A DNA stretch of 32,000 bases, taken from positions 1 through 32,000 of the forward strand of contig OZ252279.1 of the NCBI GenBank assembly GCA_965250005.1, written 5' to 3'. Positions 18,426 through 26,255 of the stretch are shown in pieces; the first letter of the stretch is position 1, and the number at the start of each line of letters is the position of its first letter. The notes beneath the pieces were generated by a model. That model saw nothing but the letters and a program-made list of their open reading frames with translations. It searched no databases and was not told where the DNA came from. Both the position numbers and the translations under genes were made by a program. This DNA comes from Demequinaceae bacterium. GTDB taxonomy: Bacteria > Actinomycetota > Actinomycetes > Actinomycetales > Demequinaceae.

Positions 18426-19376
18426 CTACGAGTTCAACCAAGCCCATGTTGATCTGATTCGCCTCGTTGGAGGGAAGGAACCTCCATTGCAGATAGGGAG
18501 AACCACAAACCGATCAATTCTGTCGAACTTCTCAGCGTCGTCATCGCCCGGCGTCGGCGTTTCCTTTGGAAGCCACGGCAATGGCCGGGCTGAATCGCCT
18601 CGGGTTTGGTGGAGGGCGGGTTCTCCCAGGAGCGGTTGCTCGTGGGGTGTGTTCTCACGGTAGTACAGGTCTTTCTTCTCGATTGGTGTGAGGTATCCAA
18701 TCGAGGAGTGGAGGCGGTTGTCGTTGAACCGGTGGACCCACGACAGCGTCGCGAGTTCGAGTTCGTCGGTCGTGCGGAATGGGCCATCGATTTTCACGCA
18801 CTCGTTCTTGTAGAGTCCGACGACGGACTCAGCGAGGGCGTCGAGTGGCAGCTCGGTGGGCATTCGGTTCGTGGTGCGCCAGCCGACGATTCGCCGGGAG
18901 AACACGTCGGTCACGAACGCAGTGGACGCCATCCCAGACCAGGTCGGCACGTAGGTGAAGTCCACGACCCACAGCTCATTGGGACATTCGGCACGGAAGT
19001 TGCGCTTCACGTGATCCGGTGCTCGGTTTGCTGCCGGATCGGGACGGGTCGTGACGAACTGTTTGCCGCGACGCACCCCGCGAAGCCCCTGAGCCCGCAT
19101 GAGACGCTCCACCGTGCAGCGGGCGGTCACGACACCGTCACGCTTGAGTAGGCGCCACACCTTTCGCGCACCCGAGATCCCGCGACCCTTCGTGCGGTCC
19201 CAGAAGACCCGCTCAATGTGTTCGCGCAACTCTTGATCACGCACCGTCCGCTGCGAGATGGCACGCGTTTTGAACGCGTAGTAAGTAGACGGGGCGATCT
19301 TGACTCCGTGCTCGGTGAGCACCCGGCAGATCGGCTCGACCCCGAAACGAACACGATGCTCGTCGATGAAGTTCAC
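18426..19376 (-). CDS. IS3-family transposase OrfB, reading out of the IS into flanking DNA
   Basis: GISGARKVWRLLKRDGVVTARCTVERLMRAQGLRGVRRGK, LWVVDFTYVPTWSGMASTAFVTDVFSRRIVGWR, HSSIGYLTPIEKKDLYY. Frame passes the IS end at 18591 and stops at 18426. IS-encoded catalytic residues mid-domain look divergent: no clear HSDxGxQY block is present between VDFTYV and VGLYKNECVK. Confidence 0.85.
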   Translation of the reverse strand: MNFIDEHRVRFGVEPICRVLTEHGVKIAPSTYYAFKTRAISQRTVRDQELREHIERVFWDRTKGRGISGARKVWRLLKRDGVVTARCTVERLMRAQGLRGVRRGKQFVTTRPDPAANRAPDHVKRNFRAECPNELWVVDFTYVPTWSGMASTAFVTDVFSRRIVGWRTTNRMPTELPLDALAESVVGLYKNECVKIDGPFRTTDELELATLSWVHRFNDNRLHSSIGYLTPIEKKDLYYRENTPHEQPLLGEPALHQTRGDSARPLPWLPKETPTPGDDDAEKFDRIDRFVVLPICNGGSFPPTRRIRSTWAWLNS

Positions 19377-19754
19377 TAAAACGGAAGTCGCGGGTCGAGC
19401 TCCCGCGCGAAGAAACTTGACGCCGCAAACAAAATATCGTTGGCACGCTTCAACTCACGATTCTCACGCTCGAGATCTTTGATACGGGCCGCGTCGACCG
19501 TGGCGATGCCCCTGACCTCGCCGGCGTCAATGCGCGCCTGTTTCACCCACCCACGCAACCTGTCCGGAATCACCCCCGTGCGATGACCGATACGGATCAC
19601 CGCCGCAATCAACGACAACGACACCTCCTGGCTCATCGCCTCACTTACGAACCGAATGGCCCGATCCCGCAACTCCTGCGGATACTTCCTCGATGCTGGC
19701 ATGACTCCCATCCTTTCGGGAAATCAGACCCTCCACTAAACCCGAGGCGATTCA
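18591..19754 (-). mobile_element. Second IS3-family insertion sequence, 1164 bp
   Basis: Inverted repeats TGAATCGCCTCGGGTTTGGTGGAGGG (18591-18616) and the reverse complement of TGAATCGCCTCGGGTTTAGTGGAGGG (19729-19754), 25/26 match; orfA/orfB on the - strand. No obvious flanking direct repeat. Confidence 0.92.
19376..19711 (-). CDS. IS3-family transposase OrfA
   Basis: MGVMPASRKYPQELRDRAIRFVSEAMSQ...VIRIGHRTGVIPDRLRGWVKQARIDAGE...RIKDLERENRELKRANDILFAASSFFARELDPRLPF. Confidence 0.93.
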   Translation of the reverse strand: MGVMPASRKYPQELRDRAIRFVSEAMSQEVSLSLIAAVIRIGHRTGVIPDRLRGWVKQARIDAGEVRGIATVDAARIKDLERENRELKRANDILFAASSFFARELDPRLPF

Positions 19755-20713
19755 GTGCCAGCTTCCTTGTACCCGGCAGGTACTGGACTGAGGCCGAGCT
19801 GGACATGTGCTTCGTTGCTGAGCAGCACCCCGGCAGGAACGTGATACTGCCGATATTTCACCAAGTCGAGCCCGCCGCAGTGCGGGAAGCGAACCTCAAT
19901 CTCGGGGGGCGTCTGGGTGCCCTAACCCAGCGCGGTGGTCGCCTCGACGTCGACGGGGTGGCCTCCGACATCCTGAAGGCCATCGATCCGCGCGCCGCTC
20001 AGCAGCGCCAAGAGTCGTTGCTCGAGTTGGGTCGAGCCTGGCGGGACCAGATCTCCATCGTCGCGAGCGAACTCGCAAGCGGTCGCGACGTGCCCACGCG
20101 TGTTCATGCGGCGAAGCGTTTGGCCGAGACGGCCGATCGCACTTTCGGGTCGCGCAGGCAGGAGTGCGTCGACGAGTTGTGTTCATTCGTTCGGAGGGCG
20201 TCCCTCGCGCCCGACGAGAGGGAGGTGCAGCACGGCGCCCTCCGCGAGATCAAGGCCCGCCTTGCGAGAGACCGCGACCCCGAGACCGCGTGGCACTCGC
20301 TGCACTTAGATTTCACGCGCGCCCAGTTCGACGAGCTTGACTTCATGAACATCGCTATCCGCGGCGGACTGATGGACTTCTACCAGGCGAGCTTTGATAG
20401 GAACTACTTCAGTTTCTTCAGGCTTGACGTGGACTGTCCGCTTGCCGCGCAGGGCGTGTACTTCGGTGGCGTCGAACTGAGGCGGGGTGTCTTGTACTTT
20501 GACGGTGCACAGGCGCGGCAAGGCACCGTTGACTTCAGCGGCATGTCGTTTCAAGGCGGCGGACTGCAGTTTCGCGGGAGCACATTCTCGCCCGGCGTCA
20601 GCACGCGGGACGGCACGCCGTTCCCGAGCCTCCCCGCCGACGTAGGCGACCAAGTGGTGCGGATTGGCGGCGACGGGCTCGTGCGCACCTATCACGACGG
20701 GTTTGATACCTAA
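19755..20713 (+). pseudogene. 5'-truncated TIR-domain protein with C-terminal pentapeptide-repeat-like region
   Basis: From the IS edge: SASFLVPGRYWTEAELDMCFVAEQHPGRNVILPIFHQVEPAAVREANLNLGGRLGALTQRGGRLDVDGVASDILKAIDP resembles the C-terminal half of a TIR domain. Later DFTRAQFDELDFMNIAI ... TVDFSGMSFQGGGLQFRGSTFSPG is pentapeptide-like. The N-terminal TIR half is absent. The tracked ORF start at 19583 lies inside the IS. Confidence 0.65.
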
Positions 20714-20723
20714 CTGTCTCCAC

Positions 20724-21935
20724 CTAGACCGTTGTGTCGTCCACCGGCGCGACCAGTGCTTCTACAATTTCGGTAGCGGCGTACTTCCGGCCGTAATTCC
20801 CCCCAGTCGTTTCGGCGAGATACCCGCGCGCAACGAACCGATCGATCGCTTTGCCAGCGGCGACCTTCGAGCACTCAAGTTCGCGCGCGACCGATGCGAC
20901 GGTGACGAACGGCGAGCGAACCAGGAGGTTTGGTAGCCGCAATTTGAGTGTCCCGCTTCGGCCTCCCTGCGCAGAAGCCACCATGGCTTCAGCAATCGTT
21001 TGGACGCGCGCAATGCGGTGCTCAACGTCGCGCGCGGACAGTCGCACGGCCTGCGCGAAGAACTCCACCCAGCCTGACCAGTCCCCGGTCGCGGACACTT
21101 CGTACAGGCGATCACGGTATTCCGAGTCGTGACGTTCGAGCCAGGGTGAGATTGTCAGAAGCGGTTCGCTCAGAATTCCGCGCTCGAGGAGGCTGCGGAC
21201 GACGAGCATGCGGCCGATGCGTCCGTTCCCGTCAGTGAACGGGTGGAGGGACTCAAATTGATAGTGCGCGAGTGCGGCATCAGCGATCGGGTCTCGCTCA
21301 GCGCGACCGGAAGCGTTTCCCCACTCCACCAGCGCGCCGAGTGCAGCTTCGAGACCGATTCCCGGGGGCATGGGCACAAAACGTGCATCCTCGACGGAGC
21401 TTGTTGGGCTGCCAATCGCGACTTGGGTGGTGCGAACTTTTCCTGGGTCGCGTTGGCCGGAAGGGGTGTCGCGGACCAGCATGCCTTGGAGTTCGCAGAT
21501 ATGGCCGAGTGTCAGTCGGCGTTTCTTCTTGGCGAGATCGAAGGCGTAGGTCGCTGCCTTCACGTAGTTGAAGATTTCGCGCATCGCGGTTGATGGCGCA
21601 TTTTTGTCATCGTAGTCGAGCGCGAGGACCTCTCGCATGGGCTCGAACGTACCTTCGAGCGCCGACGTCGACTGAGCCTCGCGTCGAAGCAGCGGCGCTG
21701 ACATCCAGCCACCAAGATCCTTGGCGCCGGCAATCTTAACGATTTGATCTAGGCGCGCCACGCCCTCGCGGGCGTCAGCAAGGGCCTTCCACGCCGACTG
21801 CGAGAGGTTCGGCATTGCGTCCAAGTTATGCGGTACGAAGCCTGCGTGTTGGTATGCGTTCCCACTTCGTGCGTCTGTACCCGCAATCGTCGTCAGATTT
21901 CCGGTCGGGCTCGTCTTCATCGTTTCTAGGTCCAC
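20724..21935 (-). CDS. Fic/DOC family protein (putative AMPylase) with C-terminal winged-helix-like region
   Basis: HPFTDGNGRIGR Fic motif, N-terminal TSALEG matching the inhibitory (S/T)xxxE(G/N) motif, SPWLERHDSEYRDRLYEVSATGDWSGWVEFFAQAV. Confidence 0.95.
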   Translation of the reverse strand: MDLETMKTSPTGNLTTIAGTDARSGNAYQHAGFVPHNLDAMPNLSQSAWKALADAREGVARLDQIVKIAGAKDLGGWMSAPLLRREAQSTSALEGTFEPMREVLALDYDDKNAPSTAMREIFNYVKAATYAFDLAKKKRRLTLGHICELQGMLVRDTPSGQRDPGKVRTTQVAIGSPTSSVEDARFVPMPPGIGLEAALGALVEWGNASGRAERDPIADAALAHYQFESLHPFTDGNGRIGRMLVVRSLLERGILSEPLLTISPWLERHDSEYRDRLYEVSATGDWSGWVEFFAQAVRLSARDVEHRIARVQTIAEAMVASAQGGRSGTLKLRLPNLLVRSPFVTVASVARELECSKVAAGKAIDRFVARGYLAETTGGNYGRKYAATEIVEALVAPVDDTTV

Positions 21936-21977
21936 ATTGAAACTCTAGCGCCCTAAAAGTTAATTTGGATCGGGAGA

Positions 21978-22274
21978 TTGAAACTTTCACGTCAACAAGT
22001 GCTTCCGGCGAAAGCAATCGACTCGGCCAGTCTCAACTATGACCTCGTCGTTCAGTATCTCGTCTTTGGTGTCTCCCATATTTTCGTAGTGAACTTCATC
22101 GCTGTGATCTTCGTCCGTTGGCCTGCCAACGGCGTGATCTTCGTGCTTCTTGTTCTTGTTCTTGCGTCAGTACGTCTACCGATCTCGACGAGTCGTCGCG
22201 GTCTTGGCTTCGCTTGCGCTAGCATCGTGAAGCTCAACCCAGAGCCCACTGATGCAGAGGATTGTGAGCCTTAG
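21978..22274 (+). CDS. Hypothetical small membrane protein
   Basis: VVQYLVFGVSHIFVVNFIAVIFV...GVIFVLLVLVLASVRLPI: one or two hydrophobic segments. The start is uncertain and composition is lower GC than neighbours. Confidence 0.35.
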   Translation: MKLSRQQVLPAKAIDSASLNYDLVVQYLVFGVSHIFVVNFIAVIFVRWPANGVIFVLLVLVLASVRLPISTSRRGLGFACASIVKLNPEPTDAEDCEP

Positions 22275-22306
22275 ACGCCAACGCTCTGTGGCGGTAGCGT
22301 CGTGAT

Positions 22307-22507
22307 ATGCGTCCACCCATTTGCGAGGTCTGCGACGCCGAGGTGGATCCGGCCGACGGCCTGGTGCGCTGCGCGCCCACGCCGGCGAGCATCGAGTGGC
22401 ACGCGCCCGCTGCGCGCGAGCTCGCCGTCGGGCACGCGCTCGGAGAGGTGATCCGCACCATCCGCGAGACCGACGCCCCGCGACGGCGCCCGCTGCCGGG
22501 CCCGTGA
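22307..22507 (+). CDS. Hypothetical Cys-containing small protein (66 aa)
   Basis: MRPPICEVCDAEVDPADGLVRCAPTPASIEWHAPAARELAVGHALGEVIRTIRETD. Its end overlaps the next gene's GTG. Confidence 0.5.
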   Translation: MRPPICEVCDAEVDPADGLVRCAPTPASIEWHAPAARELAVGHALGEVIRTIRETDAPRRRPLPGP

Positions 22508-22930
22508 CTGACGCATCGGCCGCGGGGCACCTGGCCTTTGACGACATGAACCACCTGCACCGCACCCTGCGCGAGCTGCTGCCCACGCTTGCGGCGCTGG
22601 CCGGGCTGGACCCCGCGAGCATCGACCGCACGCTCACGCGCGACTGGTCGCCCGTGGACGGCGCAGTGCCGCCCAACTGCCCGTACTCGGAGACGACGCT
22701 GCGCACGGCATCGGCGGGCGAGACCACCCTGTCGCTTCAGTTTGAGGCGGCGCACTGGAGCGAGGACGACTGCGCGCGCACGTCCCTGACGCTCAGCCTC
22801 GCGGGCGCGGGGGAGCGCGACTACCGGGTGAGCGCGTGGAGCCCGGCGGCGGGGCGCCCTACGTGGTGGAGGCGATCGATGTTTCGGGGGTGGTGCCGGG
22901 GGAGTTGGCGGATGTGCTTGGCTTCCAATA
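22505..22930 (+). pseudogene. Hypothetical protein with a likely frameshift in a G-rich run near 22850
   Basis: VTDASAAGHLAFDDMNHLHRTLRELLPTLAALAGLDPASIDRTLTRDWSPVDG...GERDYRVSAWSP. The adjacent frame then gives APYVVEAIDVSGVVPGELADVLGFQ*, a far more natural end than the tracked frame (GRPTWWRRSMFRGW). Confidence 0.55.
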
Positions 22931-22976
22931 GCGCCCCACCCGACTGGTGGGCGCTTGGATGTGGCACGATCGGCCT

Positions 22977-23243
22977 ATGCGAGAAATCAGACGCGTTGTC
23001 CGCGTTACATACGATGAAGACGCTGACGCCGCGTATATCTACCTAACGGATTCGGAATTGCCCGCTGTTAGGGACACAGTCGCTTTCGACCCGCCGGGCG
23101 TCATCGGCTTCACCGCGGCGGCTGACTGGAAAGACGAGCGCCTCGCGGGTATTGAAATTCAGGGCGCGTCGAAGCGTCTGTTCGCAGATCTGCTAGTTGG
23201 AACGGACGCGGACGAGGCGAACGGCAGAGTGCCGCGCGGCTAG
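22977..23243 (+). CDS. DUF2283-like small protein
   Basis: VVRVTYDEDADAAYIYLTDSELPAVRDTVAFDPPGVIGFTAAADWKDERLAGIEIQGASKRLFADLL. Confidence 0.75.
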   Translation: MREIRRVVRVTYDEDADAAYIYLTDSELPAVRDTVAFDPPGVIGFTAAADWKDERLAGIEIQGASKRLFADLLVGTDADEANGRVPRG

Positions 23244-23471
23244 ACGTCCCACCTGACACCGGCTGGTTCAGTTAGACACACGTGCTCGCGGCGCAAGAAA
23301 TCTCGGCCGAGCACCACCTGGGCGATGTGGTCTGCACGCTCACGCGCGACTGGGCGCCGGCGGGCTCCGCGATGCGCGGGAGCGCGACTACCGGGTGAGT
23401 TGAGGGATCTCACCCGGTGAGTAAGTGGTCTCACTGGGCGGAGGCGACGTTCTTCTCGTAGTGTCGAGAAC

Positions 23472-23789
23472 ATGGGAGATTCCTGGGACGAGGTGCTGCG
23501 GCTTCGGCGGGCGTACCTGCTGGCACCGTTCCCGGATCGCCTGCAATACGAGGTCGCTGGCGTGAATCTCGTGGTTGTCGAGGAGGAGCTCTGGGGGTAT
23601 GTGAGCCAGGCCACCAGGACCCGTTCCGGCACAGTCACGCTCACGCGGAACGCGCTTGATTCGCTTCTCGCCGATCTCATCCGAATCGAACCAATGCTCG
23701 CCGACGACGTGCTCGATTTCTTCTCGCTGGCACGCGAACTTGCGCAAGCCACGGTTGACGCGTTGGCGGCGCCCGGGGGCGGGAAGTAG
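23472..23789 (+). CDS. Hypothetical protein (105 aa)
   Basis: MGDSWDEVLRLRRAYLLAPFPDRLQYEVAGVNLVVVEEELWGYVSQATRTRSGTVTLTRNALDSLLADLIRIEPMLADDVLDFFSLARELAQ: balanced composition, no family recognised. Confidence 0.6.
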   Translation: MGDSWDEVLRLRRAYLLAPFPDRLQYEVAGVNLVVVEEELWGYVSQATRTRSGTVTLTRNALDSLLADLIRIEPMLADDVLDFFSLARELAQATVDALAAPGGGK

Positions 23790-23956
23790 TCGCGGCGAAC
23801 GCGGATCGCGGTGCCAGCCTGGACGGGCACTGCCTGGTGGTCGAGCACCATCACGCCCTCGCTGTCCAGGAGCAGGTAGAGCTCATCGAGGACCGCGTGT
23901 GAGTGTCAGTAGTCAGCGCAGGCGGCGGGCCCGGGGCTCGCTTGGCGGGGCAGGGC

Positions 23957-24754
23957 ATGATGGGAGCCATGCGCATCGTGTCGATCGGGGACAGCTTCAC
24001 GGAGGGTGTGGGGGACAAGCGGCCGGACGGCACCCCGGTGGGCTGGGCCGACCGCGTGGCCATGGGCCTCGCAGCCGCCCACCCGGACCAGGAAGTCTGG
24101 TACGCCAACCTTGCCGTTCGTGGGCGTTTGATCGACCCCATCGTGAATGGCCAGCTCGATGCCGCGCTCGCGCTCGAACCGCCACCCACGCACCTGACTT
24201 TCAACGGCGGCGGCAACGACATGCTGCGACCCGGCTACTCTGACGCGCACATGATCGCACTGCTGACCCGCGTGCTCGACGCCTGCGCTGCTGCGGGTGT
24301 CAGCGTGGTCCTGTTGAGTGGCCCCGACCCATCCGAGGGCATCCCTCCGGGCAAGCGCATGCGCGAACTCAGCACTCGACTCACGGCGATTGTCGAAGAG
24401 ATCGTCGCCAAGCGCGATGGGGTCATCTACGTGGACAACTTCGGAGACCTGGAGTCGCGCAAAGTGCCGTACTGGTCCGCCGACCGGCTGCACCTGAACG
24501 CGCTGGGGCACCAACGCGTCGCCAGCCGCGTGCTCACTGCCATGGGGGTTCCAACCGCCGCGCCGGCGCTGGACCCGAAGTTAGCCGCCCGCCGCGGGGT
24601 GCTGGGCGCGATCTGGTTCTGGGCGGTATACGTGCTGCCGTGGTTTGGGCGCAGACTGTTGAGAAAGTCCTCGGGCGACGGGCGCCAGGCCAAGTTCCCC
24701 ACCTGGGTGCGAGTACCTGCGAACGGTGAGCCGCTCCGCGGTGCTGGCCCGTAG
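23957..24754 (+). CDS. SGNH/GDSL-family hydrolase
   Basis: MRIVSIGDSFTEGVGDKRPDG (block I), NLAVRGR (block II), TFNGGGNDMLRPG (block III), SADRLHLNALGHQRVA (block V). Confidence 0.92.
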   Translation: MMGAMRIVSIGDSFTEGVGDKRPDGTPVGWADRVAMGLAAAHPDQEVWYANLAVRGRLIDPIVNGQLDAALALEPPPTHLTFNGGGNDMLRPGYSDAHMIALLTRVLDACAAAGVSVVLLSGPDPSEGIPPGKRMRELSTRLTAIVEEIVAKRDGVIYVDNFGDLESRKVPYWSADRLHLNALGHQRVASRVLTAMGVPTAAPALDPKLAARRGVLGAIWFWAVYVLPWFGRRLLRKSSGDGRQAKFPTWVRVPANGEPLRGAGP

Positions 24755-24846
24755 CGAGAAGACGAGAAGCGATCGTTCATGGTCGCAGCCGTCAATGACT
24801 TGGGCCACGTCGCCGAGGCGTTCCTGCGGCTACGTGGGATGCCTGC

Positions 24847-25173
24847 TCAGCGCATCGCGTGGAACCAGCTGCCTTCGAAATCTCGATCGACTGTCTCCCG
24901 AGCCTGGACTACATAGGAACTGGCGGCCAACTCGGTGGCCGGAAGCCCCGCGCCCTTGAGGGCTTCATCAACAGCGTCTTGCAGGTCGAACTCGAGTTGC
25001 AGGGCGTCACGGCGATCGTCGGTCCCTGTGCAGAGGCAAGCGGCCACACCTGGAATGTCAGGGAACGCGGCAATCCACTTCACGTCATCAACGCCGCGAG
25101 ACTTGAGGCGGGCCAGCAGCTCGATGCCAGCGGCTTCAAGAATCCACCACTTCGACGCGTCCGTGGAACCCAT
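24847..25173 (-). CDS. Hypothetical protein (108 aa)
   Basis: MGSTDASKWWILEAAGIELLARLKSRGVDDVKWIAAFPDIPGVAACLCTGTDDRRDALQLEFDLQDAVDEALKGAGLPATELAASSYVVQARETVDRDFEGSWFHAMR. Confidence 0.55.
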   Translation of the reverse strand: MGSTDASKWWILEAAGIELLARLKSRGVDDVKWIAAFPDIPGVAACLCTGTDDRRDALQLEFDLQDAVDEALKGAGLPATELAASSYVVQARETVDRDFEGSWFHAMR

Positions 25174-25329
25174 ACTTCAAGCCTAGCGCACCCGCGTGGG
25201 AATGGGCGGGATCTGAGTGGCCCGGTGTCGCTGGGCTGCCAAAGCAAGAGGGTCTCGAGGTGCTGTCGCGAAGCGGTGACTGACATACCCGCCGTCCGGC
25301 ATCGGCGCGGCGCTATCGTAGTCGGGACA

Positions 25330-25632
25330 GTGAGAGGGGACCCCGTGGCTGGTGAGATTCCCGTGTCAGTGGGCGCGGCCGGAGTGCGTCGGCGCGTGCT
25401 CGTACATTTCACCGTCACGTATTTTGCGGTCATGCTTTTCTGGCCGTGTGCGCTCTGGACAGTGATCGCGTACGCCTTCACGCGCCTTGAAGCGCACACA
25501 CCGAGCTTGGTGATCTGGGCTATCGGCGGCGCCACAGTCGGGGCGCGGCGTCACGCGGTAGTGGCGGCTGCCTCGATTCGGTCGTCTTTGCGATCAGTTT
25601 GCGCCTCGCCTCCAGCAGCCTCGTTTGCGTAG
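25330..25632 (+). CDS. Hypothetical small membrane protein
   Basis: GTG start; VLVHFTVTYFAVMLFWPCALWTVIAYAFTRLEAHTPSLVIWAIGG. The C-terminal third looks frame-compromised. Confidence 0.45.
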   Translation: MRGDPVAGEIPVSVGAAGVRRRVLVHFTVTYFAVMLFWPCALWTVIAYAFTRLEAHTPSLVIWAIGGATVGARRHAVVAAASIRSSLRSVCASPPAASFA

Positions 25633-25655
25633 CTAGGGCGCTGTAGCGTCGGGGC

Positions 25656-25973
25656 ATGAATCGATCAGTATTCGCACTCGCGTTCGCGTTACCGATGTTA
25701 CTGGGCGCATGTTCCAGTCCAGATGATTTGGAAGCGCCCGGCACCATGGACGCGGAGATGAGTGCACGGCTCGACTCCCTAGATGCGGCAGTCGCGGACT
25801 GGCGCGATGCAGCATCGCTCCCCGAGGCGCACACCGCCCCGGAGGAGGCATGCAACCTCGTCGTCGGCCCCGGTGGTCCGCTCTATGGAGACGCCGATGG
25901 CGACGGGGTGGCCCAAGGCCAAAACGGCATCGGCCTATTGCCCGGGAAGGGCGGCGAGGCTGGCCTGGCTTAA
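25656..25973 (+). CDS. Putative lipoprotein
   Basis: MNRSVFALAFALPMLLGACSSPDD: signal peptide with lipobox LGAC. Confidence 0.7.
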   Translation: MNRSVFALAFALPMLLGACSSPDDLEAPGTMDAEMSARLDSLDAAVADWRDAASLPEAHTAPEEACNLVVGPGGPLYGDADGDGVAQGQNGIGLLPGKGGEAGLA

Positions 25974-25976
25974 GCG

Positions 25977-26255
25977 GTGACCGTCAATACGTGTGTGGAG
26001 GCTGACGTGCTCGGCGGCTCGTGGGACGACGCTGCGGGCCGGTGGGGCATCGCGCAGACCGCGTATGGCGAGTGGACGCGGTCCCACAACACGATGCCTT
26101 CGCTACTGAGCCATCCCCAGCGCGTGGTGGGGTGGGCGACGTTCACGCTCGCGACCGACAGCCTGGACGAGGCGCGCGAGTACGCGGGGCACGCGGAGAT
26201 TCATGCGCGACTCACCAGGGCAGCGGGATCTCCGGATACATGGTTGCGTCTTTGA
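25977..26255 (+). CDS. Hypothetical protein, tightly linked to the upstream lipoprotein
   Basis: MTVNTCVEADVLGGSWDDAAGRWGIAQTAYGEWTRSHNTMPSLLSHPQRVVGWATFTLATDSLDEAREYAGHAEIHARLTRAA. Confidence 0.4.
   Translation: MTVNTCVEADVLGGSWDDAAGRWGIAQTAYGEWTRSHNTMPSLLSHPQRVVGWATFTLATDSLDEAREYAGHAEIHARLTRAAGSPDTWLRL

Noticed and set aside
16666-18663. 665-aa + strand ORF opposite pepN
   Set aside because: It is antisense to an unambiguous M1 aminopeptidase. Its composition (D/G/R/V/H rich, no domain) is typical of shadow ORFs in high-GC DNA.
19583-19754. Tracked N-terminus of the 376-aa ORF 19583-20713 (MTDTDHRRNQRQRHLLAH...)
   Set aside because: These codons are antisense to the IS orfA and the terminal repeat. 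They are not part of the TIR gene's original N-terminus.
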